64,000 nt of DNA from Octopus vulgaris (GCA_951406725.2 OX597820.1:101618001-101682000); one strand, 5' to 3'; positions 1 through 13,046 are shown, numbered from the stretch's first letter. A program made the numbers and translations. Notes: generated from the sequence alone by a model not told the origin.

Positions 1-43
<43 letters not shown>

Positions 44-44
44 C

Positions 45-83
<39 letters not shown>

Positions 84-104
84 CCTACCTACCTACCTAC
101 CTAC

Positions 105-147
<43 letters not shown>

Positions 148-192
148 CCTACCTACCTACCTACCTACCTACCTACCTACCTACCTACCTAC

Positions 193-234
<42 letters not shown>

Positions 235-235
235 G

Positions 236-270
<35 letters not shown>
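1..270. repeat. (CTAT)n/(CTAC)n compound microsatellite
   Basis: Direct tandem tetranucleotide repeat. Confidence 0.98.
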
Positions 271-744
271 GCCAATTATCGAGGTTTATCTTGATTTTTC
301 TCTAATAGGAGATAAAATTTGGAAACTAAAGAAACTAATATCATTAGTCATGAGAAGATGCATAGCTTAAAGGTGAGGCCTTGATTGTAAGATCACGGGT
401 TCAATTCTCGAGATGCACGCTGCCTTGTTCGGACAAGGTGCTGTATAACACATTGATCCAATCCAATTATCCAGCGAAAACTACTATTAAGACTGGTCGA
501 GCTTCATTTTGGGGCAGCAACGTTAATAATCCGATGGCACAGCCAAGAACCTCTAGGCAGAAAGAAGAATACACCCAACGATGGACTGATGTATTTCCAC
601 CTTTAACTCTTTACTCTCTTTTCTATTTATTGCTATGCGTGTACTAAATATGTTTAGATAAGGAGGTGTCCGAATAATATCCAGGTGTGCAGTAATGAGC
701 AACACGCATCTTTAAACTTTTATAGATTTTATTTAAGATTTCAT

Positions 745-975
745 TTGTGTCAATCATTAGACTGAAGCCATTCTGGAACACCACCTTGAAGAAGTTTAGT
801 CAACGAATTCAAGTTTTATTCTTATTTATTTATTTATTTATTTTGTAAAGCGTGGTGCTTATTCTATCGGTGTCTTTTGCCCAACTGCTACGTTACGGGG
901 ACGTAAACATACAAACACCGGTTGTGAAGCGGTTATGGGGGACAAACGTAGACACAGAGACACACACACACTGAT

Positions 976-1056
<81 letters not shown>

Positions 1057-1198
1057 CACTTCTTTCAGTTTCCGTCTGCCAAATCCACTCACAAGGTTTT
1101 GGTCGGCCCGAGGCCGTATATACAGACACTTGCCCAATTGTCACGCAATGGGACTGAACCATGTGGCTGAAAAGCAAACTTCTTACCACACAGCCACG
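745..1198 (-). mobile_element. Degenerate copy of tRNA-derived SINE family A (internal CA/TA/GA microsatellite)
   Basis: Reverse-complement similarity to the copies at 57064 and 63148 (tctttcagtttccgtctgccaaatccactcacaagg; cttaccacacagccac). Confidence 0.8.
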
Positions 1199-1882
1199 CG
1201 AGAGACTGTAAATACTTTCATTGCTTTGTTACATGAATTTAAGTGACATTATTCTTCATTTTTCAAATATTTTCAGTTTTTGTCGTTTTGTTTGAAAGCT
1301 TAAACATTTCTATTGAGATACACGTAAGTACTTTCTCAAATGAGCAAAACACCTTTTCTTATAAAATTTTATGAGAAATTTCATGTGAAAATTTTAGAGG
1401 CCAATATTTTCCTATTCAAACAACAGAACTGTCAGTATTCATACTTTATGCATAAAATAAATATATATATATTTAAGTATTATTATTTATGCAGTACCAA
1501 TATTACACTTATCCAGGCAATAAAGACAATTAGCTTTCTTTTCCTTACATTTTGAATTGTCCATAACATTTTAAAATAAACTGATTCTCAATAGGTAAAA
1601 TCTAATTTAAAAATTCATATAAATATTTAAAAAAAATTTTCTTTTAATAAATCTCAGAAGTTTCAAGAGTAAGTTATGTATCCATCTGATGAGGATTTAG
1701 GTAATGGACAGAGTTGGAAAGTATTTCATAAAGCTCAAGTAAAGAATATTGGCAGCACAGCAAGTGTATTAAAATTCTTTTTAAATAAAATTTTAAATAT
1801 AAAACTATAAATATAAAAACAAACACTCAAATCACTTAAATATATCAATGTACTAATTAACTTTTCAAATAAATTATATATA

Positions 1883-3034
1883 TTGGGTTGGCAACTAAGT
1901 TCCGCCGTTTTTTTTAAATTTTGGAATTTATTGCGTTTTTAAATTTTGGAATCTATTTTTTCGAGAATTCTAGTTTTGAATCATTTTAAAATCTGTATTT
2001 TTTTCTAGTTAATTTTAATTGATTTTTGTATATTTTCAGATCATTAAAATGGAATGACATATTAAGAAAAACGAGCATTTTCGACCTCTCCTTTTTGCTT
2101 TTAATCAAGGTTGTAAGGCCGAAAAAAGCTGCTCGCGACATTTGTGCTGTGTATGGAGAGGGTGCCACTGGTGAAAGAACCGCACGTGATTGGTATGCCA
2201 AGTTCAAAAACGGAAATTTTGACCTCAAAGACGCATCTCGTTCTGGCCGTCCAGCTGAGTTCGATGAAGAGCAATTAAAACAACTTTTGCACGGAATTTC
2301 TTGTCAAACGACAAGGGAATTGGCAGAGAAAATGGAATGCTTCTACACTGCTATAGAGAAGCATCTTCACTCGATGGGAAAGGTTCAGAAGTAAAATGGT
2401 GCCTGTACATCAATATGAAGCAGCATAAGGAATGGCTTGGCCCCAGTAAACAAGCGACACCACGCGTGAAACAAGATCTTCATCCGCGTAAAATGATGTT
2501 GTGCGTATGGTGGGACTGGGAATGGATTATCCATTACGAATTGCTTGAACGGAACCAAACGGTCAACGCGGAACTCTATGTTCAACAGATTGAACGAATC
2601 AATACAGCTATTCAAGAGAAAAGACCTCATCGGCAGCATGGAGTTTTTTTGTTGCACGAACGACAACGTCCGCCCTCATATCGCCAATATGACCAAGGAA
2701 GCCATTCAAATGCCTGGTCGGGAAGTGCTGCCACATCCGCCGTACTCTCCTGATTTGACACCAACGGATTTCCACCTCTTTCGATCTATTTCAAATGCTA
2801 TGAGCGGAGTTTCGTTCAATACTGATGCAGAATTGAGAGCTTGGTTGGATCAATTTTTTGAGTCGAAATCGGGTGATTTCTACCAACGAGGTATTGAAAA
2901 TCTTGTTGAACGTTGGGAAGAAGTTGTAAAGAACAAGGGTGAATGCATTATTGAGTGATTAGTTGATACTTTTTATTAAACCTTTTGTAAATTGCAATGT
3001 AAGAAGAACGGCGGGAACTTAGTTGCCAACCTAA
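1883..3034 (+). mobile_element. Mariner transposon, internally deleted, with frameshifted transposase pseudogene (mellifera-like TIR)
   Basis: TIRs TTGGGTTGGCAACTAAGTTCCGCCGTT / AACGGCGGGAACTTAGTTGCCAACCTAA flanked by TA on both sides. Transposase motifs across frames: RSGRP, MLCVWWD, DNVRPH, HPPYSPDLTPTDFHLF. Confidence 0.95.
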
Positions 3035-3038
3035 TATG

Positions 3039-3321
3039 CCACTCCGTCGGTTACGATGACGAGGTTGCAGCTGATCCGATGAACGGAACCGCCTGTTCGA
3101 GAAATTGATGTGCAAGTGGATGAAGACTCAAGCACTCTATAGATACGTAGTTCTCAGGGAGATTCAGTGTGACATAGAATGTGACAAGGCTGAAACTTTT
3201 AAATACAGGTACTGCTCATTTTATGCCAGCTGAGTGGACTGGAGGAACGTGAAATAAAGTGTCTTTCTCATGACTTTAAGATCGTGAGAGGAATACCCCC
3301 ACCATTAAGACACGCGCCTTC
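3039..3321 (-). mobile_element. tRNA-derived SINE family C (degenerate)
   Basis: Reverse complement of the 46997/52720 copies (cactccgtcggttacga...cacgcgccttc). Confidence 0.8.
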
Positions 3322-3323
3322 AC

Positions 3324-3370
<47 letters not shown>

Positions 3371-3555
3371 GGATGATTATTTCTTATGAAAATGTCGCTA
3401 TGCATTTTACTAATTTATTCTGCAATAAAAAGTAACTGTTTATTCTATGCTAACCGTCAGATGTTTTTTTTAAAATCTAATGTTCTTATTCTCATTATCT
3501 AATATGAAGATGACATGTTAAGAATAACAACACTAAACAATAATAATAATAATAA

Positions 3556-3895
3556 TCCTTTCTACTAAATTTAGCGGGAGGAGAATAGTCGATTCACTGG
3601 TACTTAATTTATTGACCTCTTAAGATGTAAAGCAAAGTAGATCTCGACAGAATTTGAATCAGAACGTAGCGGCAGACGAAATACCTATTTCTTTACTACC
3701 CACAAGGGGCTAAACACAGAGAAGACAAACAAGGACAGACAAACGGATTAAGCCGATTATATTGACCCCAGTGCGTAACTGGTACTTAATTTATCGACCC
3801 TGAAAGGACGAAAGGCAAAGTCGACCTCGGCGGAATTTGAACTCAGAACGTAGCGGCAAACGAAATACCGCTAAGCATTTCGTCCAGCGTGCTAA
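3556..3895 (-). mobile_element. SINE family B dimer or nested pair
   Basis: Two consecutive copies of aaagtcgacctcggcggaatttgaactcagaacgtagcggcagacgaaatacc with different tails. Confidence 0.85.
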
Positions 3896-3923
3896 CAAAA
3901 ACTTTTAAAGCTGTATGAAGAGC

Positions 3924-4025
<102 letters not shown>

Positions 4026-4172
4026 GTTAGTGTATATATATTGTGCGCTTCATACAGCATTAAGAGTTTTTAACTCCTATTTCTTGCAATGTAAGTGCTT
4101 CACTACCCTCAGTCATAATTAGTGACGATAAAATAATTCCTTTACGGTCTTATATTGCGCCTAGTTGTTTAT

Positions 4173-4231
<59 letters not shown>

Positions 4232-4519
4232 ATGTATGTATGTATGTATGTATATAAAGTTTTAAGTATTTATAATTTTGTATTTTTGTATTGTTTTTTG
4301 GTTAAAAAAATATAAGTGGAATATTTAGTTATATATTTTAAGATTAAATAGATTATTTTAATTTTATTCTATTTTAACTTAATGTTTATATTCATCTTTG
4401 AATTATATTTTGAGTTATAGATTTAATTAAATCTGAACTTAAAATTTTATAATAATATATTCTTTAAAATACTCTTTAATTAGATAAGACGACAGATAAG
4501 ACAGCCCAGAAATCTGTTC

Positions 4520-4663
4520 CAACTGGTACTTAATTTATCGACCCCCGAAAAAATGAAAAGTAAAGTCGACCTCGGGGTAATTTGAACTCAGAATGTAGTG
4601 ATGGGCGAAATGCCGCTAAGCATTTCACCCAGCGTGCTAATAATTCTGCCACTTTGCCGCCTT
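4520..4663 (-). mobile_element. SINE family B (5' part)
   Basis: aactggtacttaatttatcgaccccc...gtgctaataattctgcc matches family B. Confidence 0.8.
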
Positions 4664-4670
4664 GATGATG

Positions 4671-4729
<59 letters not shown>

Positions 4730-5779
4730 CATCATCATCATCATCATCATTATCATAGTGAGGATCATCATCATCGTTATCATTTGGAAAGAATACTGTG
4801 GAGTAAGACATTTTCCCTTCATAACGCTGGGATATATAATTAATATTAGAGAAAATGGAAATCTTAAAAAACGGAAAAAGGGTATCAGATATCTCCACAC
4901 AACTGGTGTAATAAATGAATAATTTAAAAATAAATACTCTACTCTAAGTAGTGCAGTAAACAAAGCCCTTAAGTGCAATTGAAAAATTCATCTGTAATTG
5001 TTCTTGTCTTTTCATCTCAACAACATATTCCTTGCTGTTTTAAAAATTAAGGACAGAAATCAGTTGAACTTTGGACACAGCATTTAAGTAGATCTGACAT
5101 TAAAAGTTTGAGGGTGGGGTACTGACGATCCTAAAGAAGGATGAAATAGCGCTGCATATAACTGCCATTGACTAGAAACTTTAAGGTCTTTAAAATGTGT
5201 AGAAAAAAATGGTAACTGTTTATGCTCTGCACACCTTTATTTTTTTATGTAAATTTCAAACTTTCAAACCCACCTCATCTTAACTTAATCTAGATGGGAT
5301 TGTCTCTCCTATAATAGCTAACCACCAGGGATACACCAAAATTTTGATGTTGTCATATTGGAAATGAAGGCATTTTTTTAATACTACCAACCTGAAATGG
5401 AAACGTTTCGAATGAAATTCTTCAATTTTTTTATTCGTTTTTTTTCTTTTGTGCTATTCTCATGGGACTATTGATATAAATCGATATCGTCTGACGATAT
5501 GCAGACGGGAAGTGTTTTCGCGAACTTTGATCATCATTGAAACTCCTTTGAACTCACAACTACGGTAAACTCAGTAGGAGCCCGTTTAACCAATCCCGGA
5601 CGACTGTCATTACAAGGCAAGAAGAAAGATATGGTCTGAGTGTGGACCTCTTAATACGTACTCTATCACAGAGGAAAGACCGTAAGCAAACCAACGATAA
5701 CATGGACCCCTTGCTTTAGAAGTAGTCTATATCAGAAATTTGGCAAATAAACTGAGGTAAGTAGCAAGCTTAGGGTTAT

Positions 5780-6145
<366 letters not shown>

Positions 6146-6480
6146 TCCAACCGTCTTAATTCGTCTCCAGCATGGATGACCAAAATTTCTTAAATGGAAC
6201 GTTTTAAAATTGCGAAGTTTGCCGCATGAAACCGTTGGCAGAATTGTTACTTCACAAATATTCTAATATGTTTATCCGCCGAATGCGATGATGAGCACTC
6301 ATTCTTGCAGTTTGCCATTAACGTGTGCGTGTGTGTGCGTTTGTTTGTGTGTGCATGTGTGTGTGTACGTGTGTTCGATAATGATTGGAATGCACTTATA
6401 CCAGTCCTAGTGTCCTGCGTTTAAAATTTCTCCCATCATTATGAGTTACCATACACACGCACACACACACAAACGTACAT

Positions 6481-6527
<47 letters not shown>

Positions 6528-7037
6528 TCTACAATAATTTTCTTCAACTTGTTTTAGCTATTCAAAATCATTCAGCAAAGTAAACTACATCATAAATAGA
6601 AAATTTTAGGAGTCGGGAGAATAGTTGATTAAATCGACCCCAGTACTTGACTGGTACTTTATTTATTGACACCAAAGGGGTGAATGCCAAAATTGGCCTT
6701 GGTGATTTCGTATTGCCTAAATTGACATCAACAATTGTGGTGTAGCTTGAAGAAACGTATTTACATAATCTTCAGTTTTGTATATCAAAGAAATTTACCT
6801 GACTTTTTCTTCTTCAACAGGCTTGGTATATTATTGAGTTTCTGTAAAAATGACTCACTCTTCTTTACAGATTCACTGCAATGAAATTTTAAGTTCTTAT
6901 GTACAATACTGTTTTATCTGTTAAGGTAAATGGATATCATATGGAAGAACCAGCATGCATTTCTCAAAAGATTCATATACAATACGTGTATCTGGTAAAG
7001 TAAATGGATATTATATAGAGCAACCACCATGCATTTC

Positions 7038-8470
7038 TGTGGGGATGAGCCGGAAGAAGAGGGACATAACGTCAATGGTCAAGGGACTGACCGGAAGAGG
7101 AGCGTGAGAAGGGAAGTGCAGCAGAAACAGGACAGGGCCGGCCGAGCCGGCTTCTTTTGACCGGCCGAGGCATCGTGAATGAACGTCAGGGAATTCGTTC
7201 CCGGATTGGTCAGATAGCAGCTGCTTATACTGGATGACAGAGCAGGGCAGGATCGCTGGAGTGACTACTACTAGACAGGTGCAGGCGAGAAAAGAAGGTA
7301 GATCAACCTCTTTTCATTTTCCACGCACGACAAACTATTTTGGTAATTGTATACAGACGTCGTTGTCCCCTTGATATATGAAGGCAGCGAAGATAAGAAT
7401 CGGCAGTGATGCCATCAAACCTTTCTATGGCGAAGGTGACGTAGTAGACTGGATTCGAAAGGTCAAAGCTTTTGCTAAGCTGGGAACGATCAGATGGAGA
7501 GGGGAACAGGTCGATGAACACGCTGCGGAGGTATGGAGGCTGGTTGTGTTGTCTGGTCTTACCGGTGACGAACTTGAAAAAGTAGCGCAACTAGCCTTTG
7601 TGAATGGCTTTCTTGACGACGTGTCGGTGCGACTACAACAGTTGCCAGGCGGCAACAAAATGGCGATGAGTTAGCTCGTCGTTCAAGCCTGTGTGTTGAC
7701 ACAAAACACCGGGCAGAAGGCAGTGGGGGTGGCGGCTGCAGAAATATACGACGATACGCCACGGTCGGTGAAGGACGAAAAGAGGCCTGCTGTAGAACGA
7801 CAGCGGCCGTTCATAGGTCAGTGTTTTAAGGATCAAGGACCGCACATGGCAAGGGACTGCACGAAGCCCGGGCTGGTTTGCTACCAGTGTAAACAGACTG
7901 GGCATATGGCCCGAAATTGTAGCCAGGGAAAAGGCCACGGGGAAGTTATTACCTCTCAAACTTCATCCTCGAACATAGTTGAGGTCGTGGTCAGGGGACA
8001 CTCGTTCAAGGTCCTCGTGAACACGGGATGCACGACGACTCTCGTGACTCTGAAGGTGATAAAGAAATGGAAGGGGACGAGTAGCGTTCGGGCAGTCGAC
8101 GGCAGCGAAATCGAATGCAAGGGTAGCAGTAGTGTGGATATAGCGGTGCGAGGCACAACGCTAAGGCTGCGGGCGATCGTGATCGACCACGTGGTAGACG
8201 GAATTGACGTAGTAATTGGGATGGACGAGATCAACCGCCTTGGAAGTATCAGTGTTGGAGAAGACGCCGTGGAGGCGTCGTGCGCCTTGAGTCAGGAATG
8301 TGGGCGGGAGCAGAGCCCCGCAAGGAGCTGCACTACCTACGCCATTGAAGACAAGGATTTTCGGGCGGCATTCGATGGTCAGCGATGGACGATAGAGTGG
8401 CGCTGGAAAGAGGGACTCCCCGACGCTGAAGAACTGGGTGAGCTGCTACCAGCATACCCTGAAAGGGCAC
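7038..8470 (+). mobile_element. Ty3/Gypsy-like LTR retrotransposon 5' fragment (putative LTR, gag with two zinc knuckles, aspartic protease)
   Basis: GC-rich island starting TG at 7038. Gag-like IKPFYGEGDVVDWIRKVK; knuckles CFKDQGPHMARDC (degenerate) and CYQCKQTGHMARNC; protease-like VLVNTGCTTTLV...DVVIGMD with catalytic D replaced by N. In-frame stop at 7672; no RT or integrase. Confidence 0.85.
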
Positions 8471-8584
8471 GCCATCTCGATAACCAAAGCTGTTGGATAA
8501 AAAATGAAGGCCTGTTTAGAATGAGCAACCAAAATTTGCCTAGAAAACAGATTTAATACCTTAATTCTGTGTTCCTCAGTTAAT

Positions 8585-9006
8585 TTAACCATGTTTTGGG
8601 ACATGTTAATCTACACAAACACGGAAATCATAGCAAATTGACTGGATATTGTTATGTTGCGCAAAGGGAAAGAAACTACTCACCCCATTGTGGTTTTCTC
8701 AGCATCTGTCTCAACAGGTGTTGAATCACTAAAAGAAAAGTAAAAACTATACAAATATTTGTGAATAACGGGAACCAAAATGTAAATTTTAAAAATGGAA
8801 ACCACCCCTTCAATAACAATTAACGCTTTGGAAAAGGAATGAAAAGATACTGATGAATACAAAACCAGAAGCCCAGGCTTTAGAAATATACGAAACATAC
8901 AGAAAATAGCAAACCGAGCACTGCACACATATTTTGTAGAGTATTACCAATACAATAGAAAAACACAAAAACAAAACAAAACAATCCTTGAGCCTGGAAG
9001 ACAAAG
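8585..9006 (+). mobile_element. Old R4/Dong-type non-LTR retrotransposon 3' fragment (RLE domain)
   Basis: Decayed WDMLIYTNTEIIAN..DIV and IQKIA..TAHI..RVL, collinear with the 9158 copy. Confidence 0.65.
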
Positions 9007-9079
<73 letters not shown>

Positions 9080-9099
9080 TAATAATAATAATAATAATA

Positions 9100-9157
<58 letters not shown>
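9007..9157. repeat. (TAA)n microsatellite
   Basis: Direct tandem repeat. Confidence 0.98.
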
Positions 9158-9158
<1 letters not shown>

Positions 9159-9622
9159 GATCAGACAAAAAAGATGTGTTTATTAATTGACATGAGTATA
9201 CCTTGCGATCACAATATAGCGGCGAAAGAATTTGACAAGATAAGTAACTATAAAGACTTGCTAATAGAAATTGAAAAAATGTGGCATCTCAAGGCGACTA
9301 CAGTACCAGTGATTGTAGGATCTCTAGGAATGATAAAAAAAGGTACTGAAACCTATTTGAAAATGATTCCAGGCTTACCATCCCTACAGGAAGTGCAAAA
9401 AATCGTATTAACTGGAACGGCTCATGTACTGAGAAGAGCATTATCGCTGTGAAAACAACATCCATCCATGAATTTATTTATTTATTAATTTTTAAATATA
9501 TATTTTGTCTGTGAATTTGCGCGTGTAATCTGGGAATGCATACAATGAGTTTCTCTGCCCTAGGTGTATGGAAAACACTCGGCGAGAAACGGAAGAAAAC
9601 TTGAAGAAAGAAGAAAAAAAAA

Positions 9623-9623
<1 letters not shown>
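9158..9623 (+). mobile_element. 5'-truncated R4/Dong-type retrotransposon (restriction-like endonuclease C-terminus + 3'UTR + A-rich tail)
   Basis: Open frame KMCLLIDMSIPCDHNIAAKEFDKISNYKDLLIEIEKMW...PVIVGSLG...QKIVLTGTAHVLRRAL*, a typical RLE C-terminus. Flanked on both sides by (TAA)n. Confidence 0.88.
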
Positions 9624-9685
<62 letters not shown>

Positions 9686-9810
9686 CAGAAGAAGAAGAAG
9701 ACAGGGGAAGAGGAGGAGGAGAAGAAGAAGAAAAAGAAAAAGAAAAAGAAGAAGAAGAAGAAGAAGAAGAAGAAGAAGAAGAAGAAGAAGAAGAAGAAGA
9801 AGAAGAAGAG
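9624..9810. repeat. (TAA)n + (GAA)n microsatellites
   Basis: Direct tandem repeats. Confidence 0.97.
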
Positions 9811-9811
9811 A

Positions 9812-10345
9812 CGAAGAAATCCAAAAATAGAAGAAATTCCAAAAAGTAGTGCTCATGGGAACTGCTCATACCCTAACAAAAGATTGTCTATGTAATTCCA
9901 AAGACATTTTAATTTGTGAAAATTATCAAAAGTACTTTTAAATGTACATAATAGCAAACCCCTTTTACTGTCATCCTAAGATCACTATTCAGAGCCAGTT
10001 ACTGGGGGGATAGAATGTTATTAACTTATGGGATACATATAGACAGGCAAATAAATGATAACGCACAAGACATCGTCATCAAAGACCTAAAACAAAAAAC
10101 ATGCCTGTTAATTGATATGACAGTGCCTATTGACAGAAACATCCCAGCAAGGGAATTTGAAGAAATTGTCGAAATATAATGACCTTAACATTGAGATATT
10201 TAGGACGTGGCAATTAAAAACCAAAACCATCCTTGTTGTTGTAGGCTCTAGAAATGATCAAGAAAGGTACTGACAATTTTTTTTTGATCGGATCTCTGGA
10301 AAATCAACAACCACCCATATTTTCAGGAAGATTTTCTCTATCTAA
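9812..10345 (+). mobile_element. Two further R4/Dong-type RLE 3' fragments
   Basis: FQKVVLMGTAHTL (~9835-9875) and IHIDRQINDNAQDIVIKDLKQKTCLLIDMTVPIDRNI...WQLKTKTILVVVGS (~10030-10250). Confidence 0.78.
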
Positions 10346-10404
10346 CATATACGTGTCTCAGGTCTCAGTCGGAAGATGAAATAAAATGCAATTCAGTCGG
10401 AAAA

Positions 10405-10541
10405 TGATAATGATGATAATAATGGCGATTAAGACGATGACGACAACAATGGAAACGATGATGTTGAAGATGATGATGATGATGACAACGATGATGAGGA
10501 CGATGACGATGGTGATGATGATAATGATAACGATGATGATA

Positions 10542-10575
<34 letters not shown>

Positions 10576-10952
10576 CGACAATGATGAGGACGACGACGAC
10601 GATGATAATGGTGATGATGATGACGACAACGACAACGATGATGAGGATGATGGTGATGATGATGATGGTGACGATGTTGATGATGATGATGATGATGACG
10701 ACAATGATGAGGACGACGACGACGATAATAATGGTGATGATGATGACGACGACGACAACGATGATGAGGATGATGGTGATGATGTTAGTGACGATGATGA
10801 TGATGATGATGATGATGACGATGATGATGATGACGATGATGACAACGACGATGATGACGACGACGACGACGTGGATGATGATGATGATGATGAAAATGAT
10901 TATGATGATGATAACAATGGTAACGATGACGACGACAACAACGACGACGATA
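10405..10952. repeat. Complex (GAT)/(GAC)n trinucleotide repeat with higher-order internal duplications
   Basis: Direct tandem repeat; blocks such as gacaatgatgaggacgacgacgacgataat recur about 120 bp apart. Confidence 0.95.
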
Positions 10953-11614
10953 CTGGGAGACGAGCATCGTGAAGTAAATAAATTGTGCGATTGATTGATT
11001 AACTGATACAGATGGTCACAGAGGATGAAGACATCAAGAATACTGAATGGTTACGGCTAGAAGCACCTTTGATTTATTGGTCGCCATAAATAGTATTGAG
11101 TCGAAGCTAAACAACAACAAGAACAACAAAATGAACCGACTTGAAGCATCTATGTAATTTGCTCATCATATTGTAAATAAAGCCAAATATCCCTCAAATA
11201 TCCTAATTGAGGGTCGCATAGATACAGTGGATGACATTGATATATGATAAAAAAAAAAGAACAGACAAGAGATACGGTTAGAACATTTTGATTATAAGTA
11301 TACTCTATTAGAACTGACCGAGCGTTAAACAAAAATAAAGATAATAACAACAACAAAAATAACAGCTACGTCAATAACAATTTTTGACTTATTTGTCACG
11401 AAAGAATACACCTGATTATATTGATATCCTTTCACCAGTAATTCATAAAGCAATTCCATCGTTGCTAAATGAACAACCTTTTTTGTAAAAACCTCCCTTT
11501 TTTATTTTTAATATTCCAATGGAGCACACGTAATGTGTCGTCTGCAAAGGTAGAACGTCATACAATTCAGTGTATGCATACACACACACACACACACACA
11601 CAGATATATATATA

Positions 11615-11652
11615 TCTTTCTGTCGAAGAGCGTAGGCTCGAAACGTAAAAGA
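11615..11652 (+). ncRNA. Variant minimal type-I hammerhead ribozyme motif
   Basis: UCUUU-CUGUCGA-A-GAGC(GUAG)GCUC-GAAA-CG-UA-AAAGA: stems I and II pair, stem III is the palindrome ACGU; core deviates from CUGANGA. Confidence 0.55.
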
Positions 11653-11741
11653 CTTTTTTCTATTCCTGAGCGCTATACTAATACATTTGTTTGTTTGTAC
11701 TCCATCTGCCTTCGTCTTTTGTTTATTTTCGTAAACTTTCC

Positions 11742-11807
<66 letters not shown>

Positions 11808-11840
11808 GGAGTTAAACGCAAGTGTAATTCAAATTCTTTT

Positions 11841-11929
11841 ACTTCCGACACATGTTTCGAAGATATCACTGGTATTATTCCAAAGGAATAATTTGGTGTA
11901 AAACAATGTGATTTTCTCTTCAGGGAAGT
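11841..11929 (-). ncRNA. Type-I hammerhead ribozyme, canonical core
   Basis: Minus strand: ACUUCC-CUGAAGA-GAAAAUCAC...GUGAUAUCUUC-GAAA-CAUGU-GUC-GGAAGU. All core residues present, 6-bp stem I, GUC cleavage triplet. Confidence 0.85.
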
Positions 11930-12076
11930 GAAGAAATGTAACTCGTCAATAAGACATTTTAACAGAAAATGATGGATATGTATAGTGATTAACTGAGCAC
12001 TATTAAGATTGTTTCAAAAAAACCTTATAGGATATAACGTCAGAGGTAGCCTATAGAAAGAGGAGGGATATAGGAA

Positions 12077-12140
<64 letters not shown>

Positions 12141-12954
12141 GCGATTAAGACGATGACGACGACAATGGAAACGATGACGACAACGATGATGAGGACGATG
12201 ACGATGGTGATGATGATGATGATGAGGAGGAGGAGGAGAAGGAGGATAATGATGATGATGATGATGACGATGATGACGATGATGAGGACGACGACGACGA
12301 TGATAATGATGATGATGATGATGATGATAATGACGACCGAAGTATATTTTTAAAGTCTGATACTTATTCTATTGCTCTCTTTTGTCAAACAGTTAATTTA
12401 CAGGGACGTAAACAAACCAACAGTATTTTTCAAATGATAGGGACAAACAAGTACACATACGCATATTTATTCCGCTGTTTGTATCTTTATATGTGCCTAA
12501 ATGTATATAAGCGCATATATATGTTGTCATATGTATTAATAAATGTGTATATATACATATATACATATTTAAACCTATATACATATATATATATATACTT
12601 TATTACTCTACCACTGGTATTTGAGTACTCTTTTTTTCCACCTTGTTTCACATTTATGTGTTTACTCCGGTATATATATATATATATATATATATACATG
12701 CAGGTATACACATGTACTATGTTTACATGTTCATGGCTTTATTAGTGTAAGCGCTTAAGTGGATCACAGAGCACCTTCAGCGCTGTCGCATTTTCATTCG
12801 AATTCAGCCAATTAGGGAAATATAGAACGACAATCATATAGCAAATTGAAGTATTGGAACTGTCATAGAGTAAAGATCCATCATTGCGATACTTCAACAC
12901 AGCCACAATCCTTTGACGGTAATCATATGAAGAATATATCCACACATCCACGTA

Positions 12955-13046
<92 letters not shown>

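Noticed and set aside
5116-5165. ctgacga-tcct..agga-tgaaa-tagcgct hammerhead-like string
   Set aside because: No UH cleavage triplet and stem I barely pairs; the surroundings look more like a decayed LINE remnant.
6871-6925. Possible small exon (ctttacag ... aag|gtaaat)
   Set aside because: Two frames contain stops and the donor lies in a local duplication; no other support.
12740-12790. agcg-ctgaagg on the minus strand as a hammerhead
   Set aside because: No GAAA strand or stem III.
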